53,842 nt of DNA from Acidimicrobiales bacterium (GTDB taxonomy: Bacteria; Actinomycetota; Acidimicrobiia; Acidimicrobiales; SZUA-35): the NCBI GenBank assembly GCA_024644005.1, contig JAHELU010000001.1, positions 1 through 53,842 of the forward strand, written 5' to 3'. The position numbers and the translations under genes are program-made. The notes beneath the pieces were generated by a model that was not told where the DNA came from, made no database searches, and saw nothing but the letters and a program-made list of their open reading frames with translations. Positions 44,703 through 53,196 of this stretch are shown piece by piece. Numbering within the stretch: the first letter of the stretch is position 1; the number at the start of each line of letters is the position of its first letter.

Positions 44703-45740
44703 CTATCCGGCTGGTCGGGCCTCAGGAGGCCCGAAGAGGACGCCCTGGCCCCAGTCGACCTCGAGGGTCCGGAGCGCCTTGGCCTGGGCCTCGGTCTCCA
44801 CTCCCTCCGCCACCACCCAGGCCCCGGTGCGGTGGGCGAGGTCGACCACCGCCCTGATGATGGCGGTGGCCTCGGTGCTCGGCAGCGCCGCGATCAGGTC
44901 GCCGCTCAGCTTCAGCACATCAGGCTTGAAGCTGGTGGCCACCCGGAGGCTCGAATAGCCGTCGCCGACGTCGTCGATGGCGATCCGGACGCCGGCGTTG
45001 CGGAGCTTCGTCAGCTGGGCCGCTGCGAGGTCGATGTCGTTGTAGCGGTTGCGCTCCGCGGTCTCGAACACGAGCTGGTCGGCCTCGAGGCCGATGTCCT
45101 CTGCGTGGCGGATCGTCCGGCGAGCCGCTGCGAGGTCGAACGTGCCATCCGGGGCCATGATGTTCAGGAACAGCAGGCCCGCCCCCAGCCATGGCCCGAC
45201 GCCCCGGACCGCCAGCTGCCGGCTCAGCTGGTCGAGGTCGGCCAGCCAACCTCCCTTGGTGGCTCTGGCGATCAGGTCGTCCGCCCCGAGGATCTCCCCG
45301 GAGACCCGGGCCCGGATGAGGGCTTCGAACCCGACGACGGATCGGTTGGCGAGCCGCACGATCGGCTGGTAGCGGACCTCGTAGTCGAGATCGGCGCTGG
45401 CCAGCAGCTCCTGCTCCAGCAGGTCGGCCACCTCGCCGAGGGTGGCGGCCATCAGCGCCTTCTGGACCAGCTCCTGGGGTGAGGAGTCCACATCAGCGAC
45501 GGCGACCTTGACGTCGGTTGCGGTGTCGCCGTTTCGGGACAGCGCCTCGACCAGTCGGTGGAGGAAGAACCGGCAGTCCGAGACCTCCAGCCAGACCACG
45601 CCCGATCTGATGTCGACGGTCTCGGCTTGGGCGATCAACGACTCGTCGAGGTGGTTCACCACCCCGGGGTCCACCGAGCCGAGCAACACCAGCATGGGCT
45701 CCGGGCCCGGTAGCTCGAAGGTCCGCTCTGCCGCTCTCAC
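44703..45740 (-). CDS. EAL-domain protein (putative c-di-GMP phosphodiesterase) with unknown N-terminal domain
   Basis: Motifs GFEALIR and IAIDDVGDGYSSL. GTG start. Confidence 0.85.
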   Translation of the reverse strand: MRAAERTFELPGPEPMLVLLGSVDPGVVNHLDESLIAQAETVDIRSGVVWLEVSDCRFFLHRLVEALSRNGDTATDVKVAVADVDSSPQELVQKALMAATLGEVADLLEQELLASADLDYEVRYQPIVRLANRSVVGFEALIRARVSGEILGADDLIARATKGGWLADLDQLSRQLAVRGVGPWLGAGLLFLNIMAPDGTFDLAAARRTIRHAEDIGLEADQLVFETAERNRYNDIDLAAAQLTKLRNAGVRIAIDDVGDGYSSLRVATSFKPDVLKLSGDLIAALPSTEATAIIRAVVDLAHRTGAWVVAEGVETEAQAKALRTLEVDWGQGVLFGPPEARPAG

Positions 45741-45747
45741 CGCTCCA

Positions 45748-45753
45748 AGCGTA
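45748..45753 (-). promoter_or_regulatory. -10 box TACGCT, 7 nt upstream of GTG 45740 (leaderless-type)
   Basis: The reverse strand reads gTACGCTtggagcgGTG. Confidence 0.45.
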
Positions 45754-45809
45754 CTCTCGCCGGACGATCCGTGCCGAGACCCCGGTCACACGCCCCGATC
45801 CGGGCCGAC

Positions 45810-46406
45810 TCAGACCTCCTGGGGCGGTTCGAACGAGAGGGGCAGGTCGCCGAGGCGAACCAGGGTCGCCGTGATCCAGCCGCCGATCGAGCCGAAGTGC
45901 TCGTCGAGTGCCGAGCCGTCCTCGAGCGTCTTCTCGTCGAGCTCGTAGGCGCCGGTATAGGTGATCTCGACGGCATGGGACAGGATGTGCAGGTCGCTGT
46001 CGTAGACCGTCTCGACGGTCGGGCCGAGACCGGTCAGCTCCTCGTCGCCGATCTGGGGGGAGTGGGCCGGCAGGCCCTGCATGATGACGGCAGGATCCGG
46101 GGCTTCCGACAGTCGCTGGACCCGGAAGACGACCTCGATCTCGATCACCGGCCCCTCGGTGAACTCCTCGTCGAGGAACCAGGTCCGGTAGGCGGTCTGG
46201 GCCCAGGTGGGCCACTCGAGCGTCAGGTCCACCTGGACCCGGGGCGGCTGGCCCTCGCCCGGTAGGCCGTAGATCGTCTCCCAGCTGACGTCGCCGAGCA
46301 GCACGTCGGTCTGGAACCGCTCCTCGAGGGCCTGGCGCTCCAGCAACGCCGATTCGAGTGCGTCCCGGAGGGCCCCGATGGCGTCGGTGAAGACGTGATC
46401 GAGCAC
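45810..46406 (-). CDS. Hypothetical acidic protein (198 aa)
   Basis: Clean ORF with gene-like composition, 69 nt upstream of the EAL gene on the same strand. I recognise no motif. Confidence 0.5.
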   Translation of the reverse strand: MLDHVFTDAIGALRDALESALLERQALEERFQTDVLLGDVSWETIYGLPGEGQPPRVQVDLTLEWPTWAQTAYRTWFLDEEFTEGPVIEIEVVFRVQRLSEAPDPAVIMQGLPAHSPQIGDEELTGLGPTVETVYDSDLHILSHAVEITYTGAYELDEKTLEDGSALDEHFGSIGGWITATLVRLGDLPLSFEPPQEV

Positions 46407-46607
46407 GATCTATCGGCCGTGCGAGCGGGCCGCAGCCGGGTCAGCGATCGGCAACCGACGTGGTAGAGGCACCTGGGGAGTGTAGCCCATGGTCCGGTCC
46501 CGTCCGGCTTCGGTGGTGCGGTGGGGGCCGGGAGCCCGGCGACGGATACCGGGCCGGGGCCGGAGATGCTAGGACAGAGGGGGAACGGCTGCAGAGGGAG
46601 GCAGAAC

Positions 46608-47525
46608 GTGAGCGAGGATGCTCGATCCGAGAGGTCGCGAGGAGCCGGTGAGCCCCACCGGTTCTCGGTGGTGGACCTGACCGTGCGCAACGGGGTGGCT
46701 GTCGCCGAGATCGACAACCCACCGATCAACCTCATCACCCCGGAGCTCTTCGGTGACCTCCGGGCCCTGCCGGACCGGGTCGAGAACGACGACGACGTCC
46801 GGGTACTGGTGCTGCGCAGCGCCAACCCGCAGTTCTTCATCGCCCACTACGACGTCGAGCAGATCCTGGCCGCCCCCATCGACGGCACGCCGCGACGGGG
46901 GACCGAGCTGCGGGGCTTCCACAGGATGTGCGAGCGCTACCGGACCATGGCGGTGCCGACGATCTGCGAGATCGACGGCCGGGTCGGGGGAGGAGGGGGT
47001 GAGCTGGCGGCCTCGTGCGACATGCGGTTCGGCACCGTCGCTGGCACCGTGCTGTGCCAGATGGAGGTCCCGATCGGCATCCTGCCCGGTGGCACGGGCA
47101 CCCAGCGACTGCCCCATCTGGTCGGCCTCGGTCGGGCGATGGAGATCGTGCTCGCAGGCGACGACATCGACGGCGCAACCCTGGCCCAGTGGGGCTGGCT
47201 CAACCGGGCGCTGCCGGCCGGCGAGCTTCGGGCCTTCGTCGACGACCTGGCGGCCCGCATCGCCGGCTTCCCGCCGGAAGCGGTGGCCCGGGCCAAGGCC
47301 TCGGTGCTGGCCGCCACCGCCGACCCGACCGACGGCCTGCTGACCGAGGCCTTCCTGTTCCAGGAGACGCTGCGCTTCCCGTCGGCCCACCAGCGGATGC
47401 GGGCGTTCCTGGCCGCCGGCGGCCAGACGGTGGAGGGCGAGCTACGGGTCGGGGCGATCGCCGGGGAGTTGGGGCCCGACCCGGAATCCGATTCCGGGAC
47501 CGGGCCAGGGGCGGCCGCGCCATGA
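46608..47525 (+). CDS. Enoyl-CoA hydratase/isomerase (crotonase) family protein
   Basis: VAEIDNPPINLIT...VLVLRSANPQFFIAHYD. The GTG at 46608 follows GGGAGG. Confidence 0.8.
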   Translation: MSEDARSERSRGAGEPHRFSVVDLTVRNGVAVAEIDNPPINLITPELFGDLRALPDRVENDDDVRVLVLRSANPQFFIAHYDVEQILAAPIDGTPRRGTELRGFHRMCERYRTMAVPTICEIDGRVGGGGGELAASCDMRFGTVAGTVLCQMEVPIGILPGGTGTQRLPHLVGLGRAMEIVLAGDDIDGATLAQWGWLNRALPAGELRAFVDDLAARIAGFPPEAVARAKASVLAATADPTDGLLTEAFLFQETLRFPSAHQRMRAFLAAGGQTVEGELRVGAIAGELGPDPESDSGTGPGAAAP

Positions 47526-49255
47526 TCGATCGCGAGCGGCGAGACGAGATCGAGCGGTGGATCCGCATGGACGCCGAGTACGGCGACGAGCTCCGGCGCC
47601 TGCTGGAGGAGGATCCGGCCGAGGCGGCGCGGTTGTTCGACGGCAGGATCGCCTTCGGCACCGCAGGACTCCGGGCGGCGATGGGGCCGGGCCCCCGGCA
47701 GATGAACCGGTTGGTGGTGCAGCAGACGACGGCCGGGCTGCTGCGTTGGCTCCCCCCGGAGCCGACCGTGGTGATCGGCTACGACGCTCGGTACCACTCG
47801 AAGCGGTTCGCCGACGATGTGGCGAGGATGGTGGCCACGGCCGGCGGCCGGGCCGAGCTCGTCGATCAGCCGGCCCCGACGCCGGTCCTCGCCAGGGCGG
47901 TGCTCGATCGGGCTGCGGACGCCGGGGTCATGATCACGGCCAGCCACAACCCGGCCGCCGACAACGGCTACAAGCTCTACCTCTCGGACGGGCTCCAGCT
48001 GGTCGACCCGTCCGACGGCGAGATCGCCGCCCTCATCGACCAGGTGGCGGCGGGCCCTGCCCCCGCTCTCGGTGACGGCGACGGCGAGCCCCCGATCGAC
48101 ATCGGCGCCGAGAGCCTCGAGCGCCATCGAGCCGTGGCCGTCGAGGCCCTGCTGACCGGTCACCGCGAGGTCTCGGTGCTCTACACCGCCATGCACGGGG
48201 TCGGGGGCCGCCACCTGCTGTCGTGCTTCGCCGCAGCGAGGTTCCCGCCCCCGGCGGTGGTCGCCGATCAGTTCGAGCCGGATCCCGACTTCCCGACGGC
48301 TCCGTTCCCCAATCCCGAGGAGCCCGGCGCGTTCGACCTGGCCTACCAGCGCGCCGCCAGCATGGCCGAGGGCGACCCTCGATCGCCCGTCGACATCATC
48401 CTGGCCAACGATCCGGATGCCGATCGGCTGGCCGTCGCCGTGCTCGACGACGAGCAACGGTGGCGTCGGCTCAGCGGCGACGAGGTCGGGGCCCTGCTGG
48501 CCGATCACGTGCTGCGCCACCGAACCGGTCGGGGCGACCCGACCGACGACGGGACCGAGGAAGGGGGCGACGGGACCGAGGAGGGGGCCGGCGGAACGTC
48601 TCTGGTGGCGTCGTCGATCGTCTCGTCCCGGTTCATCGACCGCCTGGCCGACGCCTATGGGGCCGAGAGCATCCGGACCTTGACCGGATTCAAGTGGGTG
48701 GCCCGGCCCATCGTCGATCGGCCGGAGGATCGCTACCTGTTCGGCTACGAGGAGGCCCTCGGCTACTGCATCGGCGATCGGGTCAGGGACAAGGACGGCA
48801 TCAGCGCTGCGCTGGTGATGGCCGAGCTGGCAGCCGAGTGCATCGCCACCGGCACCACGGTCTGGCAACGGCTCGGCTCGCTGATCGAGCGCCACGGGCT
48901 GTACGCAACCGCCCAGGTGACCGTGGGGATCGGTGACCTCGACGACGCCCGTCGGGTGGCCGTCATGCAGCGAGCGGTCGATCTCGACCCTGGCGACATC
49001 GCCGGCACACGGGTCGTCGAGCGGGAGGACCTGTCGAAGGGGGAGCGGTTGCCGCCGACGGCCGGGGTGGTGCTCCGCCTCGAAGACGACAGCCGGGTCA
49101 TCGTCCGCCCCAGCGGGACGGAGCCGAAGATCAAGGCCTACCTGGAAGTGGTGGAGCCGGGGGGCCCACCGGGTTACGCGAGCGAAGCCCGGCGACGGGC
49201 CGGGCTCCGGCTTCGGGATCTCGAGGTTGCGGTGACCGGACTGCTCGGCAGCTGA
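47522..49255 (+). CDS. Phosphomannomutase/phosphoglucomutase-family phospho-sugar mutase
   Basis: Active-site loop TASHNPAADNGYK. ATGA overlap with the crotonase gene. Confidence 0.88.
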   Translation: MIDRERRDEIERWIRMDAEYGDELRRLLEEDPAEAARLFDGRIAFGTAGLRAAMGPGPRQMNRLVVQQTTAGLLRWLPPEPTVVIGYDARYHSKRFADDVARMVATAGGRAELVDQPAPTPVLARAVLDRAADAGVMITASHNPAADNGYKLYLSDGLQLVDPSDGEIAALIDQVAAGPAPALGDGDGEPPIDIGAESLERHRAVAVEALLTGHREVSVLYTAMHGVGGRHLLSCFAAARFPPPAVVADQFEPDPDFPTAPFPNPEEPGAFDLAYQRAASMAEGDPRSPVDIILANDPDADRLAVAVLDDEQRWRRLSGDEVGALLADHVLRHRTGRGDPTDDGTEEGGDGTEEGAGGTSLVASSIVSSRFIDRLADAYGAESIRTLTGFKWVARPIVDRPEDRYLFGYEEALGYCIGDRVRDKDGISAALVMAELAAECIATGTTVWQRLGSLIERHGLYATAQVTVGIGDLDDARRVAVMQRAVDLDPGDIAGTRVVEREDLSKGERLPPTAGVVLRLEDDSRVIVRPSGTEPKIKAYLEVVEPGGPPGYASEARRRAGLRLRDLEVAVTGLLGS

Positions 49256-49282
49256 GGCGCCGAGCGCTGCGAGGCCGTACGG

Positions 49283-49451
49283 CTAGCAGGGTGCTGAAGA
49301 TCGCCGTTGAGGTTCTCGGAGGCCAGGCGCCGCCCAGTCAAGGACGCAGGATTCGCCACAGCTTGTGAGCGCTATGGCGAATTCGAGGACGCAGAGTGGG
49401 CGGATGGATGGCCTCCGAGAATCCGACATGTGATTTTCAGCACCCTGCTAG
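49283..49451 (+). repeat. Nested imperfect-palindrome element, copy B (candidate structured RNA / REP-like element)
   Basis: Helices: 49283-49298/49436-49451 (16 bp), 49313-49324/49410-49421 (12 bp), 49330-49336/49397-49403 (7 bp) and 49351-49358/49375-49382 (8 bp). Two AGGACGCAG copies lie at 49341 and 49386. Confidence 0.7.
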
Positions 49452-49534
49452 TTGCGGCCGACGGTCGGCTTGCGGCCGTGGTTGGCCTTCTTGCGGCGGG
49501 CCAGGAGCCGCTTCTTGCGTCTGCGCTTCGACAT
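49448..49534 (-). CDS. Ribosomal micro-protein, bL37-like (28 aa)
   Basis: The reverse strand encodes MSKRRRKKRLLARRKKANHGRKPTVGRN. The basic ANHG(K/R)(R/K)P core matches my recollection of actinobacterial bL37. It is below the ORF-track size cutoff. Confidence 0.6.
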   Translation of the reverse strand: MSKRRRKKRLLARRKKANHGRKPTVGRN

Positions 49535-49541
49535 GGGTGCC

Positions 49542-49547
49542 AGGGTA
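49542..49547 (-). promoter_or_regulatory. -10 box TACCCT, 7 nt upstream of ATG 49534 (leaderless-type)
   Basis: The reverse strand reads cTACCCTggcacccATG. Confidence 0.45.
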
Positions 49548-49592
49548 GCGGCCGACCGGTCGATTCGGTCCCCGGGGGCCGGTGGTCGGCTG

Positions 49593-50630
49593 TCAGCGGT
49601 TGCAGAGGGCGAGCAGGTCGTCGGCGGTGCGCGTGTTGATGATGCGCTCTGGCTCGATCCCCAGCTCGGCGGCCCGGTCGCAGCCGTAGTTCACCCACTC
49701 GAGCTGGCCCGGCGCATGGGCGTCGGAGTCGATGCTGATCCGGCAGTCCCACTCGCAGGCCAGTGCCAGCAGCTCGTCCGGCGGATCCTGCCGCTCGGGT
49801 CGACAGTTGATCTCCACGGCGGTGTCGAACCGAGCGCAGGCGGCGAACACGTAGTCGGCGTCGAACGTCGACGGCTTGCGGGGCTTGTTCAGCACCTTTC
49901 GGTTCGTGCAGTGACCGAGGATGTCCACGTGCGGGTTGGCCACGGCGGTCACCAGCCGGCGGGTCATCTCACGCTCGGGCTGGTGGATCTTGTAGTGGAC
50001 CGAGGCCACCACCACGTCGAGCCGGGCCAGGAGCTCGTCCGGCAGGTCGAGGGTGCCGTCGGCCAGGATGTCGACCTCCATCCCGGTGAGGATCCGGAAC
50101 GGGGCCAGCTCTTCGTTGAGGGCCTCGATCTCCACCAGCTGGTCGGCCAATCGCTCCGGCGACAGCCCCTTTGCCACCGTCAATCGGGCCGAGTGGTCGG
50201 TGGCCACGAGGTACTCGTGACCGAGGGCCATCGCCGCCTCGGCCATGGCCCGCAGCTCGGCGCCACCGTCGGACCACGTCGAGTGGGAGTGGCAGTCCCC
50301 CTGCAAGCGTGCCCGCAGCTCGGCCCCGGGACCGAGCGGGACCTCGGTCGACGCCTCCAGCCCGTCGAGGTAGGCGGTCGGCCCCGCCCCGTATGCCCCC
50401 CGGACCACGGCATCGATCGACGGGCCGATGCCGTCGAGGGAGCTCAGCCGACCGGCGAGGGCCAGCCGCTCGACGTCGCCCGGGTCGAGACCGTCGAGGA
50501 TCGTCCGGCCCCTGAGGAAGGCCCTGACCTTCTGGACGGGTGCGAGGTCGCGGTCGAGCAGGTAGATGACGCGGTCCAGGGCCTGCCGGTAGGGGGCGGG
50601 AGAGGAGTCGGCCGATGCGGTCTGCGCCAC
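49593..50630 (-). CDS. PHP-domain phosphoesterase with N-terminal helix-hairpin-helix region (PolX-like, without polymerase domain)
   Basis: Motifs CHSHSTWSDG, VATDHS and ILGHC. I prefer the GTG at 50630, which has a -10 box 7 nt upstream. The track start at 50720 is also possible. Confidence 0.75.
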   Translation of the reverse strand: MAQTASADSSPAPYRQALDRVIYLLDRDLAPVQKVRAFLRGRTILDGLDPGDVERLALAGRLSSLDGIGPSIDAVVRGAYGAGPTAYLDGLEASTEVPLGPGAELRARLQGDCHSHSTWSDGGAELRAMAEAAMALGHEYLVATDHSARLTVAKGLSPERLADQLVEIEALNEELAPFRILTGMEVDILADGTLDLPDELLARLDVVVASVHYKIHQPEREMTRRLVTAVANPHVDILGHCTNRKVLNKPRKPSTFDADYVFAACARFDTAVEINCRPERQDPPDELLALACEWDCRISIDSDAHAPGQLEWVNYGCDRAAELGIEPERIINTRTADDLLALCNR

Positions 50631-50637
50631 AGCTCCA

Positions 50638-50643
50638 AGCGTA
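50638..50643 (-). promoter_or_regulatory. -10 box TACGCT, 7 nt upstream of GTG 50630 (leaderless-type)
   Basis: The reverse strand reads cTACGCTtggagctGTG. This 12-nt context is nearly identical to that of the EAL gene. Confidence 0.45.
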
Positions 50644-50815
50644 GTGCGCTCTCGATGCGGCACCGGTGGAGATCCCGGACCGCGCGATCCGGGTGCGACT
50701 CGGTGAAGCTCCGCCGCCACGTCGGGACTGCCGCCGCCAGGCGGAAGCTGCAGTCGAGCTGTTCCTACGCCTTGCCGGGGCCGGGTGAGGCGGTGCTCGA
50801 GCCGAGGGCAGCCAC

Positions 50816-51898
50816 CTATCCGGGCAGGCCCTGCAGGTCCGCGTCCACCACGCGGGCGACGCTCGGTTTCTCCACTGCGTCGAACTCCCGTATCGCCCGC
50901 GCAAGCTGGTCACGCGCCTCGGCGTCGTGGCCTTTCGCCGCCGCGAGCCGTCCCGCTGCCCACCGGATCCGGGCGCCCGTCTCCGGCGATCGGACGACGT
51001 CGTTGAGCTGGTCCGCTCGTTCGATCCTGCGCCCTGCTTCGGTCAGGTCGCCAGTCCCGATCTCGGCCATTGCCAGTCGAGGGAGGACGAACAGCTCACC
51101 TGCGGCATTGTCGGATCTGGTCGTGACGAAGCCCAGTGCTTCGCGGAGTAGGCGCACGGCTTCGTCGGAATCTCCTCGCTCGAGTGCGGCCTGGCCCCGA
51201 TGGGCCCTCACCCGACCGGCATCGATGACCTCGCCGAGTTCGAGGTACCCCTGTTCTGCGCGATCGAGGTGATCGAGAGCTTCGTCGATCCGCCCCTGGG
51301 GCAGGAGCACGTCTCCGCCGAGGGCAGCATGGTAGCCATGGTCGTCGAGAGGACCGGCCGAGTGCTCCCGAGACTCTCGGAGCAAGCGATGTGCAACGTC
51401 GAAGCGCTCTCTGCTCGCTTCGACCTGACCCAGCACCCGAAGGGTATGGGCACGACCACCATCGTCGCCCGCCGCCAACGAGCGCTGGAACAGGTGGGCG
51501 GCCTCGTCGTGCTGCTCCTGCAGCAATGCAACGTGGCCGAGCCACCAGTGGAGCCGGCCAGGTTCGACGTCGAGCGGCCCGCCCGTCATCTCGGCGTCCA
51601 GTGCGGATCGAACCGTCCTCAGATGGTGCTCGGCCGACGTGGTATCGGCCAGCATGACCGCGGCCTGTCCCATCATCCAGTGGGTCAGCAGCCAGGGCTC
51701 GGATCCCTTCTTGAATCCCTCCAGTGCAAGCGCTCCCACCTCGAGCACGCGGCCATACTGACCGGCACCCAGGGCTTGGCCCACGGCCTCGAACAATGCA
51801 CCGGCCAGCTTCCGCGAACGGCGCCGTGGTTCGGTGAGGATCAGAGCTGCTCCGGCGATCGCGAGAACCATGACGATAATGGCCACGGAGGTCGGCAT
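50816..51898 (-). CDS. Membrane-anchored TPR-like repeat protein
   Basis: N-terminal TM VAIIVMVLAIAGAALIL, then helical repeats rich in A/L/E/R. Confidence 0.6.
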   Translation of the reverse strand: MPTSVAIIVMVLAIAGAALILTEPRRRSRKLAGALFEAVGQALGAGQYGRVLEVGALALEGFKKGSEPWLLTHWMMGQAAVMLADTTSAEHHLRTVRSALDAEMTGGPLDVEPGRLHWWLGHVALLQEQHDEAAHLFQRSLAAGDDGGRAHTLRVLGQVEASRERFDVAHRLLRESREHSAGPLDDHGYHAALGGDVLLPQGRIDEALDHLDRAEQGYLELGEVIDAGRVRAHRGQAALERGDSDEAVRLLREALGFVTTRSDNAAGELFVLPRLAMAEIGTGDLTEAGRRIERADQLNDVVRSPETGARIRWAAGRLAAAKGHDAEARDQLARAIREFDAVEKPSVARVVDADLQGLPG

Positions 51899-52080
51899 GA
51901 TGTCCTATCGGTCGCCTCTCCCCCACAGTTCACCGTCAGTGACCGGCTCGACCATCCGCAGGGCTCGCATGCCCGACAGCGGCGGCGGGTGGGGCGACTC
52001 GGCCTCGCCGCCCAGGGTGGACGGATGACCGTCGAAACCCCGGCATGTATTGCTCAGCAGTCTCCTAGCCTGGGGATCAT

Positions 52081-53157
52081 ATGGAGAAGTTCGGTTTCGT
52101 CGGCCTGCCAAACGCCGGAAAGTCGTCGCTGTACAACGCCCTGACCGGCGGGAGCGCACTGGCTGCGCCGTACGCCTTCGCCACCACCGATCCCAACATC
52201 GGTGTGGCCAAGGTGTTCGACCACCGGCTCGACGCCCTGGCCGAGATGAGCGGCTCGAAGAGCGTGGTGCCGGCCAGCGTGCAGTTCACCGACATCGGTG
52301 GGCTCGTCGAGGGGGCGAGCAAGGGCGAGGGTCTCGGCAACAAGTTCCTGGCCGGCATTCGGGAGGTCGATGCCATCGTCTTCGTCCTCCGGGCCTTTCG
52401 GGACGACGAAGTTCCCGGCTCCCACGATCCGCTGGACCACCTCCGGATCGTGGAGCTCGAGCTCACGTACGCCGACCTCGAGACCGTCGAGCGCCAGATC
52501 GAGAAGAAGCGAAAGGCGCTCAAGGGCGACCCGTCGTTGCGCGCCGAGGTCGAGGCCGCCGAGTCCGCCCTGGCCCACCTCGAGGCTGGAACGCCCCTCT
52601 ACCGGGCCGACCTGCCGCCGGAGCACATCGAGGCCCTGCGACCGTGGTTCTTGCTGACCAACAAGCCGGTACTGGCCATCGTCAACCTGGATGAGGACCA
52701 GCTGACCGACGTCGAGACCGTGATCAAGCCGGTCCAGGAGGAATTGGGCGAGCTGGCGCCGGTGTTCGGCGCGTGCATCCAGCTGGAAGCCGAGGCGGCC
52801 CAGCTCGATCCCGACGACCGGGCCGAGATGCTCGACGGGTTCGGGCTCGGCGAGGGCGCGCTCGTCCGGTTCATCCAGGCCGCCTACCACGCCCTGGGGC
52901 TGCGCACGTTCCTGACGACCGGTGAGAAGGAGAGCAGGGCCTGGACCTTCAAGGTCGGCTCGACCGCCCCGCAGTGCGCCGGTCTCATCCACACCGACCT
53001 CCAGCGGGGGTTCATCAGGGCCGAGACGATCCGGTGGGACGAGCTGCTGGAGATCGGGTCGTGGGCCAAGGCCAGGGAGATCGGCAAGATCAGACAGGAG
53101 GGCAAGGACTACGTTGTCGAGGACGGTGATGTGTTGGAGATCCGTTTCAACGTCTGA
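52081..53157 (+). CDS. ychF: Ribosome-binding ATPase YchF
   Basis: Begins MEKFGFVGLPNAGKSSLYNALT and ends ...DGDVLEIRFNV. Confidence 0.95.
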   Translation: MEKFGFVGLPNAGKSSLYNALTGGSALAAPYAFATTDPNIGVAKVFDHRLDALAEMSGSKSVVPASVQFTDIGGLVEGASKGEGLGNKFLAGIREVDAIVFVLRAFRDDEVPGSHDPLDHLRIVELELTYADLETVERQIEKKRKALKGDPSLRAEVEAAESALAHLEAGTPLYRADLPPEHIEALRPWFLLTNKPVLAIVNLDEDQLTDVETVIKPVQEELGELAPVFGACIQLEAEAAQLDPDDRAEMLDGFGLGEGALVRFIQAAYHALGLRTFLTTGEKESRAWTFKVGSTAPQCAGLIHTDLQRGFIRAETIRWDELLEIGSWAKAREIGKIRQEGKDYVVEDGDVLEIRFNV

Positions 53158-53196
53158 TCGCCGTCGCCCGCTCGGCAACTCGATCGGAGTCACGCC

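Noticed and set aside
49283-49451. Element B as SRP (4.5S) RNA, 6S RNA, tmRNA or a MITE.
   Set aside because: There is no SRP domain-IV motif (GGAA..AGCA), no tRNA-like end and no RNase P signatures. A housekeeping 6S or SRP gene would not be expected to have a diverged paralogous copy 30 kb away. I could identify no target-site duplication or transposase-related terminal repeats. A 6S-like function cannot be excluded from sequence alone.
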